NCBI GenBank assembly: GCA_964016885.1
Contig: OZ024758.1
Coordinates: forward strand, 36,332,001 to 36,396,000
Direction: 5' to 3'
Origin: Eledone cirrhosa
Taxonomy: Eukaryota
DNA length: 64,000 bases
Shown here: positions 52,901 through 64,000 of the stretch, piece after piece
Layout of the letters: each line of letters begins with the position of its first letter
How positions within the stretch are numbered: the stretch's first letter is position 1
Notes under the pieces: model-generated
Databases searched by the model: none
The model's input: only the letters and a program-made list of their open reading frames with translations
Told to the model about the DNA's origin: nothing
Position numbers and translations under genes: made by a program

Positions 52901-55542
52901 TTCATGGTACTAGCTGTCAGAAGTAACCCCAATGTTGGTGAGAATTCATTTAAGTTCATGGTATTAGCTGTCAGAAGTCACTCCAATGTTGGTGAGAATT
53001 CATTTAAGTTCATGGTATTAGCTGTCAGAAGTAACTCCACTGTTGGTGAGAATTCATTTAAGTTCATGGTATTAGTTTGTCAGAAGTAACTCCACTGTTG
53101 GTGAGAATTCATTTAAGTCATGGTATTAGTTGTCAGAAGTAACTCCAATGTTGGTGAGAATTCATTTAAGTTCATGGTATTAGCTGTCAGAAGGAACTCC
53201 ACTGTTGGTGAGAATTCATTTAAGTTCATGGTATTAGCTGGCAGAAGGAACTCCAATGTTGGTGAGAATTCATTTAAGTCATGGTACTAGCTGTCAGATG
53301 TAACTCCACTGTTGGTGAGAATTCATTTAAGTTCATGGTATTAGCTGTCAGAAGGAACGCCACTGTTGGTGAGAATTCATTTAAATTCATGGTATTAGCT
53401 GTCAGAAGTAACTCCACTGTTGGTGAGAATTCATTTAAGTTCATGGTACTAGCTGTCAGAAGTAACTCCAATGTTGGTGAGAATTCATTTAAGTTCATGG
53501 TATTAGCTGTCAGAAGTAACTCCACTGTTGGTGAGAATTCATTTAAGTTCATGGTATTAGCTGTCAGAAGTCACTCCAATGTTGGTGAGAATTCATTTAA
53601 GTCATGGTACTAGCTGTCAGAAGTAACTCCACTGTTGGTGAGAATTCATTTAAGTTCATTGTATTAGCTGTCAGAAGGAACGCCACTGTTGGTGAGAATT
53701 CATTTAAGTTCATGGTATTAGCTGTCAGAAGTAACTCCACTGTTGGTGAGAATTCATTTAAGTTCATGGTACTAGCTGTCAGAAGTAACTCCAATGTTGG
53801 TGAGAATTCATTTAAGTTCATGGTATTAGCTGTCAGAAGGAACTCCACTGTTGCTGAGAATTCATTTAAGTTCATGGTATTAGCTGTCAGAAGTAACTCC
53901 ACTGTTGGTGAGAATTCATTTAAGTTCATGGTACTAGCTGTCAGAAGTAACTCCACTGTTGGTGAGAATTCATTTAAGTTCATGGTATTAGCTGTCAGAA
54001 GTAACTCCACTGTTGGTGAGAATTCATTTAAGTTCATGGTATTAGCTGTCAGAAGTAACTCCACTGTTGGTGAGAATTCATTTAAGTTCATGGTATTAGC
54101 TGTCAGAAGTAACTCCACTGTTGGTGAGAATTCATTTAAGTTCATGGTATTAGCTGTCAGAAGGAACGCCACTGTTGGTGAGAATTCATTTAAATTCATG
54201 GTATTAGCTGTCAGAAGTAACTCCACTGTTGGTGAGAATTCATTTAAGTTCATGGTACTAGCTGTCAGAAGTAACTCCAATGTTGGTGAGAATTCATTTA
54301 AGTTCATGGTATTAGCTGTCAGAAGGAATTCCACTGTTGCTGAGAATTCATTTAAGTTCATGGTATTAGCTGTCAGAAGTAACTCCACTGTTGGTGAGAA
54401 TTCATTTAAGTTCATGGTACTAGCTGTCAGAAGTAACTCCACTGTTGGTGAGAATTCATTTAAGTTCATGGTATTAGCTGTCAGAAGTCACTCCAATGTT
54501 GGTGAGAATTCATTTAAGTTCATGGTATTAGCTGTCAGAAGTCACTCCACTGTTGGTGAGAATTCATTTAAGTTCATGGTACTAGCTGTCAGAAGTAACC
54601 CCAATGTTGGTGAGAATTCATTTAAGTTCATGGTATTAGCTGTCAGATGTCACTCCAATGTTGGTGAGAATTCATTTAAGTTCATGGTATTAGCTGTCAG
54701 AAGTAACTCTACTGTTGGTGAGAATTCATTTAAGTTCATGGTATTAGTTTGTCAGAAGTAACTCCACTGTTGGTGAGAATTCATTTAAGTCATGGTATTA
54801 GTTGTCAGAAGTAACTCCAATGTTGGTGAGAATTCATTTAAGTTCATGGTATTAGCTGTCAGAAGGAACTCCACTGTTGGTGAGAATTCATTTAAGTTCA
54901 TGGTATTAGCTGTCAGAAGGAACTCCAATGTTGGTGAGAATTCATTTAAGTCATGGTACTAGCTGTCAGATGTAACTCCACTGTTGGTGAGAATTCATTT
55001 AAGTTCATGGTATTAGCTGTCAGAAGGAACGCCACTGTTGGTGAGAATTCATTTAAATTCATGGTATTAGCTGTCAGAAGTAACTCCACTGTTGGTGAGA
55101 ATTCATTTAAGTTCATGGTACTAGCTGTCAGAAGTAACTCCAATGTTGGTGAGAATTCATTTAAGTTCATGGTATTAGCTGTCAGAAGTAACTCCACTGT
55201 TGGTGAGAATTCATTTAAGTTCATGGTATTAGCTGTCAGAAGTCACTCCAATGTTGGTGAGAATTCATTTAAGTCATGGTACTAGCTGTCAGAAGTAACT
55301 CCACTGTTGGTGAGAATTCATTTAAGTTCATTGTATTAGCTGTCAGAAGGAACGCCACTGTTGGTGAGAATTCATTTAAGTTCATGGTATTAGCTGTCAG
55401 AAGTAACTCCACTGTTGGTGAGAATTCATTTAAGTTCATGGTACTAGCTGTCAGAAGTAACTCCAATGTTGGTGAGAATTCATTTAAGTTCATGGTATTA
55501 GCTGTCAGAAGGAACTCCACTGTTGCTGAGAATTCATTTAAG
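43410..55542. repeat. About 6-kb tandem duplication (43410-49395 and 49396-55542; offsets 5986 and 6147 bp = 111 and 114 monomers)
   Basis: Paired private SNPs: ttaCct 43422/49408, atggGa 44064/50050, tttCaa 44700/50686, ttGgctgtcaAa 45091/51077, aactAAact 45648/51634, agaTgtcac 48501/54648, tcTact 48563/54710. Confidence 0.93.
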
Positions 55543-55969
55543 TTCATGGTATTAGCTGTCAGAAGTAACTCCACTGTTGGTGAGAATTCATTTAAGTTCA
55601 TGGTACTAGCTGTCAGAAGTCACTCCACTGTTGGTGAGAATACATTTAAGTTCATGGTACTAGCTGTCAGAAGTAACCCCAATGTTGGTGAGAATTCATT
55701 TAAGTTCATGGTATTAGCTGTCAGAAGTCACTCCAATGTTGGTGAGAATTCATTTAAGTTCATGGTATTAGCTGTCAGAAGTAACTCCACTGTTGGTAAG
55801 AATTCATTTAAGTTCATGGTATTAGCTGTCAGAAGTAACTCCACTGTTGGTGAGAATTCATTTAAGTTCATGGTATTAGCTGTCAGAAGGAACGCCACTG
55901 TTGGTGAGAATTCATTTAAGTTCATGGTATTAGCTGTCAGAAGTAACTCCACTGTTGGTGAGAATTCAT

Positions 55970-58900
55970 TTAAGTTCATGGTATTAGCTGTCAGAAGGAA
56001 CGCCACTGTTGGTGAGAATACATTTAAATTCATGGTATTAGCTGTCAGAAGTAACTCCACTGTTGGTGAGAATTCATTTAAGTTCATGGTACTAGCTGTC
56101 AGAAGTAACTCCAATGTTGGTGAGAATTCATTTAAGTTCATGGTATTAGCTGTCAGAAGGAATTCCACTGTTGCTGAGAATTCATTTAAGTTCATGGTAT
56201 TAGCTGTCAGAAGTAACTCCACTGTTGGTGAGAATTCATTTAAGTTCATGGTACTAGCTGTCAGAAGTAAATCCACTGTTGGTGAGAATTCATTTAAGTT
56301 CATGGTATTAGCTGTCAGAAGTCACTCCAATGTTGGTGAGAATTCATTTAAGTTCATGGTATTAGCTGTCAGAAGTCACTCCACTGTTGGTGAGAATTCA
56401 TTTAAGTTCATGGTACTAGCTGTCAGAAGTAACCCCAATGTTGGTGAGAATTCATTTAAGTTCATGGTATTAGCTGTCAGAAGTCACTCCAATGTTGGTG
56501 AGAATTCATTTAAGTTCATGGTATTAGCTGTCAGAAGTAACTCCACTGTTGGTGAGAATTCATTTAAGTTCATGGTATTAGTTTGTCAGAAGTAACTCCA
56601 CTGTTGGTGAGAATTCATTTAAGTCATGGTATTAGTTGTCAGAAGTAACTCCAATGTTGGTGAGAATTCATTTAAGTTCATGGTATTAGCTGTCAGAAGG
56701 AACTCCACTGTTGGTGAGAATTCATTTAAGTTCATGGTATTAGCTTTCAGAAGTAACTCCAATGTTGGTGAGAATTCATTTAAGTTCATGGTATTAGCTG
56801 TCAGAAGGAACTCCACTGTTGGTGAGAATTCATTTAAGTTCATGGTATTAGCTGTCAGAAGTAACTCCACTGTTGGTGAGAATTCATTTAAGTCATGGTA
56901 TTAGCTGTCAGAAGTAACTCCATTGTTGGTGAGAATTCATTTAAGTCATGGTACTAGCTGTCAGAAGTAACTCCACTGTTGGTAAGAATTCATTTAAGTT
57001 CATGGTATTAGCTGTCAGAAGTAACTCCACTGTTGGTGAGAATTCATTTAAGTTCATGGTATTAGCTGTCAGAAGGAACGCCACTGCTGGTGAGAATTCA
57101 TTTAAGTTCATGGTATTAGCTGTCAGAAGTAACTCCACTGTTGGTGAGAATTCATTTAAGTTCATGGTACCAGCTGTCAGAAGTAACTCCACTGTTGGTG
57201 AGAATTCATTTAAGTTCATGGTATTAGCTGTCAGAAGTCACTCCAATGTTGGTGAGAATTCATTTAAGTTCATGGTATTTGCTGTCAGAAGTCACTCCAA
57301 TGTTGGTGAGAATTCATTTAAGTTCATGGTATTAGCTGTCAGAAGTCACTCCACTGTTGGTGAGAATTCATTTAAGTTCATGGTACTAGCTGTCAGAAGT
57401 AACCCCAATGTTGGTGAGAATTCATTTAAGTTCATGGTATTAGCTGTCAGAAGTCACTCCAATGTTGGTGAGAATTCATTTAAGTTCATGGTATTAGCTG
57501 TCAGAAGTAACTCCACTGTTGGTGAGAATTCATTTAAGTTCATGGTATTAGTTTGTCAGAAGTAACTCCACTGTTGGTGAGAATTCATTTAAGTCATGGT
57601 ATTAGTTGTCAGAAGTAACTCCAATGTTGGTGAGAATTCATTTAAGTTCATGGTATTAGCTGTCAGAAGTAACTCCAATGTTGGTGAGAATTAATTTAAG
57701 TTCATGGTATTAGCTGTCAGAAGTAACTCCACTGTTGGTGAGAATTCATTTAAGTTCATGGTATTAGCTGTCAGAAGTCACTCCAATGTTGGTGAGAATT
57801 CATTTAAGTTCATTGTATTAGCTGTCAGAAGGAACGCCACTGTTGGTGAGAATTCATTTAAGTTCATGGTATTAGCTGTCAGAAGTAACTCCACTGTTGG
57901 TGAGAATTCATTTAAGTTCATGGTACTAGCTGTCAGAAGTAACTCCAATGTTGGTGAGAATTCATTTAAGTTCATGGTATTAGCTGTCAGAAGGAACTCC
58001 ACTGTTGCTGAGAATTCATTTAAGTTCATGGTATTAGCTGTCAGAAGTAACTCCACTGTTGGTGAGAATTCATTTAAGTTCATGGTACTAGCTGTCAGAA
58101 GTCACTCCACTGTTGGTGAGAATACATTTAAGTTCATGGTACTAGCTGTCAGAAGTAACCCCAATGTTGGTGAGAATTCATTTAAGTTCATGGTATTAGC
58201 TGTCAGAAGTCACTCCAATGTTGGTGAGAATTCATTTAAGTTCATGGTATTAGCTGTCAGAAGTAACTCCACTGTTGGTAAGAATTCATTTAAGTTCATG
58301 GTATTAGCTGTCAGAAGTAACTCCACTGTTGGTGAGAATTCATTTAAGTTCATGGTATTAGCTGTCAGAAGGAACGCCACTGTTGGTGAGAATTCATTTA
58401 AGTTCATGGTATTAGCTGTCAGAAGTAACTCCACTGTTGGAGAGAATTCATTTAAGTTCATGGTATTAGCTGTCAGAAGTAACTCCACTGTTGGTGAGAA
58501 TTCATTTAAGTTCATGGTATTAGCTGTCAGAAGTAACTCCACTGTTGGTGAGAATTCATTTAAGTTCATGGTATTAGCTGTCAGAAGGAACGCCACTGTT
58601 GGTGAGAATACATTTAAATTCATGGTATTAGCTGTCAGAAGTAACTCCACTGTTGGTGGGAATTCATTTAAGTTCATGGTACTAGCTGTCAGAAGTAACT
58701 CCAATGTTGGTGAGAATTCATTTAAGTTCATGGTATTAGCTGTCAGAAGGAATTCCACTGTTGCTGAGAATTCATTTAAGTTCATGGTATTAGCTGTCAG
58801 AAGTAACTCCACTGTTGGTGAGAATTCATTTAAGTTCATGGTACTAGCTGTCAGAAGTAAATCCACTGTTGGTGAGAATTCATTTAAGTTCATGGTATTA

Positions 58901-60830
58901 GCTGTCAGAAGTCACTCCAATGTTGGTGAGAATTCATTTAAGTTCATGGTATTAGCTGTCAGAAGTCACTCCACTGTTGGTGAGAATTCATTTAAGTTCA
59001 TGGTATTAGCTGTCAGAAGGAACGCCACTGTTGGTGAGAATTCATTTAAGTTCATGGTATTAGCTGTCAGAAGTAACTCCACTGTTGGTGAGAATTCATT
59101 TAAGTTCATGGTACCAGCTGTCAGAAGTAACTCCACTGTTGGTGAGAATTCATTTAAGTTCATGGTATTAGCTGTCAGAAGTCACTCCAATGTTGGTGAG
59201 AATTCATTTAAGTTCATGGTATTAGCTGTCAGAAGTCACTCCACTGTTGGTGAGAATTCATTTAAGTTCATGGTACTAGCTGTCAGAAGGAACGCCACTG
59301 TTGGTGAGAATTCATTTAAGTTCATGGTATTAGCTGTCAGAAGTAACTCCACTGTTGGTGAGAATTCATTTAAGTTCATGGTACTAGCTGTCAGAAGTAA
59401 CTCCAATGTTGGTGAGAATTCATTTAAGTTCATGGTATTAGCTGTCAGAAGGAACTCCACTGTTGGTGAGAATTCATTTAAGTTCATGGTATTAGCTGTC
59501 AGAAGTAACTCCACTGTTGGTGAGAATTCATTTAAGTCATGGTATTAGCTGTCAGAAGTAACTCCATTGTTGGTGAGAATTCATTTAAGTCATGGTACTA
59601 GCTGTCAGAAGTAACTCCACTGTTGGTAAGAATTCATTTAAGTTCATGGTATTAGCTGTCAGAAGTAACTCCACTGTTGGTGAGAATTCATTTAAGTTCA
59701 TGGTATTAGCTGTCAGAAGGAACGCCACTGTTGGTGAGAATTCATTTAAGTTCATGGTATTAGCTGTCAGAAGTAACTCCACTGTTGGTGAGAATTCATT
59801 TAAGTTCATGGTACCAGCTGTCAGAAGTAACTCCACTGTTGGTGAGAATTCATTTAAGTTCATGGTATTAGCTGTCAGAAGTCACTCCAATGTTGGTGAG
59901 AATGCATTTAAGTTCATGGTATTAGCTGTCAGAAGTCACTCCAATGTTGGTGAGAATTCATTTAAGTTCATGGTATTAGCTGTCAGAAGTCACTCCACTG
60001 TTGGTGAGAATTCATTTAAGTTCATGGTACTAGCTGTCAGAAGTAACCCCAATGTTGGTGAGAATTCATTTAAGTTCATGGTATTAGCTGTCAGAAGTCA
60101 CTCCAATGTTGGTGAGAATTCATTTAAGTTCATGGTATTAGCTGTCAGAAGTAACTCCACTGTTGGTGAGAATTCATTTAAGTTCATGGTATTAGTTTGT
60201 CAGAAGTAACTCCACTGTTGGTGAGAATTCATTTAAGTCATGGTATTAGTTGTCAGAAGTAACTCCAATGTTGGTGAGAATTCATTTAAGTTCATGGTAT
60301 TAGCTGTCAGAAGGAACTCCACTGTTGGTGAGAATTCATTTAAGTTCATGGTATTAGCTGTCAGAAGGAACTCCAATGTTGGTGAGAATTCATTTAAGTT
60401 CATGGTATTAGCTGTCAGAAGGAACGCCACTGTTGGTGAGAATTCATTTAAGTTCATGGTATTAGCTGTCAGAAGTAACTCCACTGTTGGTGAGAATTCA
60501 TTTAAGTTCATGGTACTAGCTGTCAGAAGTAACTCCATTGTTGGTGAGAATTCATTTAAGTCATGGTACTAGCTGTCAGAAGTAACTCCACTGTTGGTAA
60601 GAATTCATTTAAGTTCATGGTATTAGCTGTCAGAAGTAACTCCACTGTTGGTGAGAATTCATTTAAGTTCATGGTATTAGCTGTCAGAAGGAACGCCACT
60701 GTTGGTGAGAATTCATTTAAGTTCATGGTATTAGCTGTCAGAAGTAACTCCACTGTTGGTGAGAATTCATTTAAGTTCATGGTACCAGCTGTCAGAAGTA
60801 ACTCCACTGTTGGTGAGAATTCATTTAAGT
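55970..60830. repeat. Mosaic of about 2.6-kb-offset partial duplications
   Basis: aaAtcc 56271/58861 and aatacatttaaa about 56020/58610 share offset 2590. Frames 56948/59592 and ends 57565/60209 share offset 2644. gtacCa lies at 57171, 59115, 59815 and 60786; tccaTt at about 56923, 59567 and 60538. Confidence 0.8.
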
Positions 60831-61207
60831 TCATGGTATTAGCTGTCAGAAGTCACTCCAATGTTGGTGAGAATTCATTTAAGTTCATGGTATTAGCTGT
60901 CAGAAGTCACTCCACTGTTGGTGAGAATTCATTTAAGTTCATGGTACTAGCTGTCAGAAGTAACCCCAATGTTGGTGAGAATTCATTTAAGTTCATTGTA
61001 TTAGCTGTCAGAAGTCACTCCAATGTTGGTGAGAATTCATTTAAGTTCATGGTATTAGCTGTCAGAAGTAACTCCACTGTTGGTGAGAATTCATTTAAGT
61101 TCATGGTATTAGCTGTCAGAAGTAACTCCACTGTTGGTGAGAATTCATTTAAGTTCATGGTATTAGCTGTCAGAAGTAACTCCACTGTTGGTGAGAATTC
61201 ATTTAAG

Positions 61208-63094
61208 TCATGGTATTAGCTGTCAGAAGTAACTCCAATGTTGGTGAGAATTCATTTAAGTTCATGGTATTAGCTGTCAGAAGTCACTCCACTGTTGGTG
61301 AGAATTCATTTAAGTTCATGGTACTAGCTGTCAGAAGTAACCCCAATGTTGGTGAGAATTCATTTAAGTTCATGGTATTAGCTGTCAGAAGTCACTCCAA
61401 TGTTGGTGAGAATTCATTTAAGTTCATGGTATTAGCTGTCAGAAGTAACTCCACTGTTGGTAAGAATTCATTTAAGTTCATGGTATTAGCTGTCAGAAGT
61501 AACTCCACTGTTGGTGAGAATTCATTTAAGTTCATGGTATTAGCTGTCAGAAGTAACTCCACTGTTGGTGAGAATTCATTTAAGTTCATGGTATTAGCTG
61601 TCAGAAGGAACTCCAATGTTGGTGAGAATTCATTTAAGTCATGGTACTAGCTGTCAGAAGTAACTCCACTGTTGGTGAGAATTCATTTAAGTTCATGGTA
61701 TTAGCTGTCAGAAGGAACGCCACTGTTGGTGAGAATTCATTTAAATTCATGGTATTAGCTGTCAGAAGTAACTCCACTGTTGGTGAGAATTCATTTAAGT
61801 TCATGGTACTAGCTGTCAGAAGTAACTCCAATGTTGGTGAGAATTCATTTAAGTTCATGGTATTAGCTGTCAGAAGTAACTCCACTGTTGGTGAGAATTC
61901 ATTTAAGTTCATGGTATTAGCTGTCAGAAGTCACTCCAATGTTGGTGAGAATTCATTTAAGTCATGGTACTAGCTGTCAGAAGTAACTCCACTGTTGGTG
62001 AGAATTCATTTAAGTTCATTGTATTAGCTGTCAGAAGGAACGCCACTGTTGGTGAGAATTCATTTAAGTTCATGGTATTAGCTGTCAGAAGTAACTCCAC
62101 TGTTGGTGAGAATTCACTTAAGTTCATGGTACTAGCTGTCAGAAGTAACTCCAATGTTGGTGAGAATTCATTTAAGTTCATGGTATTAGCTGTCAGAAGG
62201 AACTCCACTGTTGCTGAGAATTCATTTAAGTTCATGGTATTAGCTGTCAGAAGTAACTCCACTGTTGGTGAGAATTCATTTAAGTTCATGGTACTAGCTG
62301 TCAGAAGTCACTCCACTGTTGGTGAGAATACATTTAAGTTCATGGTACTAGCTGTCAGAAGTAACCCCAATGTTGGTGAGAATTCATTTAAGTTCATGGT
62401 ATTAGCTGTCAGAAGTCACTCCAATGTTGGTGAGAATTCATTTAAGTTCATGGTATTAGCTGTCAGAAGTAACTCCACTGTTGGTAAGAATTCATTTAAG
62501 TTCATGGTATTAGCTGTCAGAAGTAACTCCACTGTTGGTGAGAATTCATTTAAGTTCATGGTATTAGCTGTCAGAAGGAACGCCACTGTTGGTGAGAATT
62601 CATTTAAGTTCATGGTATTAGCTGTCAGAAGTAACTCCACTGTTGGTGAGAATTCATTTAAGTTCATGGTACTAGCTGTCAGAAGTAACTCCACTGTTGG
62701 TGAGAATTCATTTAAGTTCATGGTATTAGCTGTCAGAAGTCACTCCAATGTTGGTGAGAATTCATTTAAGTTCATGGTATTAGCTGTCAGAAGTCACTCC
62801 ACTGTTGGTGAGAATTCATTTAAGTTCATGGTACTAGCTGTCAGAAGTAACCCCAATGTTGGTGAGAATTCATTTAAGTTCATGGTATTAGCTGTCAGAA
62901 GTCACTCCAATGTTGGTGAGAATTCATTTAAGTTCATGGTATTAGCTGTCAGAAGTAACTCCACTGTTGGTGAGAATTCATTTAAGTTCATGGTATTAGC
63001 TGTCAGAAGTAACTCCACTGTTGGTGAGAATTCATTTAAGTTCATTGTATTAGCTGTCAGAAGTAACTCCACTGTTGGTGAGAATTCATTTAAG
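61208..63094. repeat. Complete copy of the putative 35-mer (8+6+21 monomers, 1887 bp) higher-order repeat
   Basis: Junction spacing is 61210-61641-61964-63097 (431+323+1133). The same spacing and variant order occur at 44167-46054 and 50153-52040. Confidence 0.8.
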
Positions 63095-64000
63095 TCATGG
63101 TATTAGCTGTCAGAAGTAACTCCAATGTTGGTGAGAATTCATTTAAGTTCATGGTATTAGCTGTCAGAAGTCACTCCACTGTTGGTGAGAATTCATTTAA
63201 GTTCATGGTACTAGCTGTCAGAAGTAACCCCAATGTTGGTGAGAATTCATTTAAGTTCATGGTATTAGCTGTCAGAAGTCACTCCAATGTTGGTGAGAAT
63301 TCATTTAAGTTCATGGTATTAGCTGTCAGAAGTAACTCCACTGTTGGTGAGAATTCATTTAAGTTCATGGTATTAGCTGTCAGAAGTAACTCCACTGTTG
63401 GTGAGAATTCATTTAAGTTCATGGTATTAGCTGTCAGAAGTAACTCCACTGTTGGTGAGAATTCATTTAAGTTCATGGTATTAGCTGTCAGAAGTAACTC
63501 CACTGTTGGTGAGAATTCATTTAAGTTCATGGTATTAGCTGTCAGAAGGAACGCCACTGTTGGTGAGAATTCATTTAAATTCATGGTATTAGCTGTCAGA
63601 AGTAACTCCACTGTTGGTGAGAATTCATTTAAGTTCATGGTATTAGCTGTCAGAAGGAATTCCACTGTTGCTGAGAATTCATTTAAGTTCATGGTATTAG
63701 CTGTCAGAAGTAACTCCACTGTTGGTGAGAATTCATTTAAGTTCATGGTACTAGCTGTCAGAAGTAACTCCACTGTTGGTGAGAATTCATTTAAGTTCAT
63801 GGTATTAGCTGTCAGAAGTCACTCCAATGTTGGTGAGAATTCATTTAAGTTCATGGTATTAGCTGTCAGAAGTCACTCCACTGTTGGTGAGAATTCATTT
63901 AAGTTCATGGTACTAGCTGTCAGAAGTAACCCCAATGTTGGTGAGAATTCATTTAAGTTCATGGTATTAGCTGTCAGAAGTCACTCCAATGTTGGTGAGA

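Larger units (their letters stand above)
1..64000. repeat. Satellite DNA: tandem array of a 54-bp monomer (about 1186 copies), extending beyond both window edges
   Basis: Bases 1-54 (ttcatggtattagctgtcagaagtaactccactgttggtgagaattcatttaag) recur continuously to 64000, typically with 0-3 substitutions per copy. The last monomer starts at 63958, which fits 1186x54 minus 99 deletions plus 12 insertions. Every ORF in the track repeats MVLAVRSNSTVGENSFKF (+) or MNLNEFSPTVELLLTANT (-). Confidence 0.99.

Noticed and set aside
104-63800. Numerous ORFs on both strands, up to 1352 aa, read as repeat-protein genes
   Set aside because: The monomer length is divisible by 3 and happens to be stop-free. Frames are broken by 111 indels and by nonsense variants (5276, 45648, 51634, 57693). 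Most variant types are non-synonymous, and there are no unique N- or C-terminal domains, signals or flanking regulatory sequence.
1-64000. CRISPR array, or a variable-cassette/diversity-generating array
   Set aside because: There are no unique spacers. The variable part is a few SNPs drawn from a small recurring set and inherited in duplicated blocks, and no cas, reverse transcriptase or recombinase gene is present.
1-64000. Synthetic concatemer or rolling-circle/sequencing artefact
   Set aside because: Hierarchically shared SNPs and nested duplications fit natural satellite evolution rather than random error on one template. Local mis-assembly of individual duplications cannot be excluded.

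Overview
The whole 64-kb window is one uninterrupted, head-to-tail, single-orientation tandem array of a 54-bp monomer (consensus ttcatggtattagctgtcagaagtaactccactgttggtgagaattcatttaag, about 37% GC, one EcoRI and one AluI site, no CpG). By my manual count it has 1186 complete monomers plus a partial one, including 99 single-base deletion junctions (aagtcatgg) and 12 single-base insertions (ttagtttgtc). These counts agree with the phase of the last monomer. I found no unique sequence, gene, RNA gene, transposon or CRISPR spacer. All ORFs in the track are by-products of a stop-free 18-codon monomer and are not called as genes. This looks like the interior of a eukaryotic satellite DNA array, possibly centromeric or pericentromeric; that is inference, and I do not recognise the family or organism. 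The real information is in the order of monomer variants. About ten recurrent variant types form ordered blocks, an apparent 35-mer (1887 bp) higher-order repeat, and nested 0.9-6 kb duplications traceable by private SNPs. A left domain (about 1-21 kb) and a right domain (about 22-64 kb) carry different marker sets. I see no support for a novel protein-coding system here.
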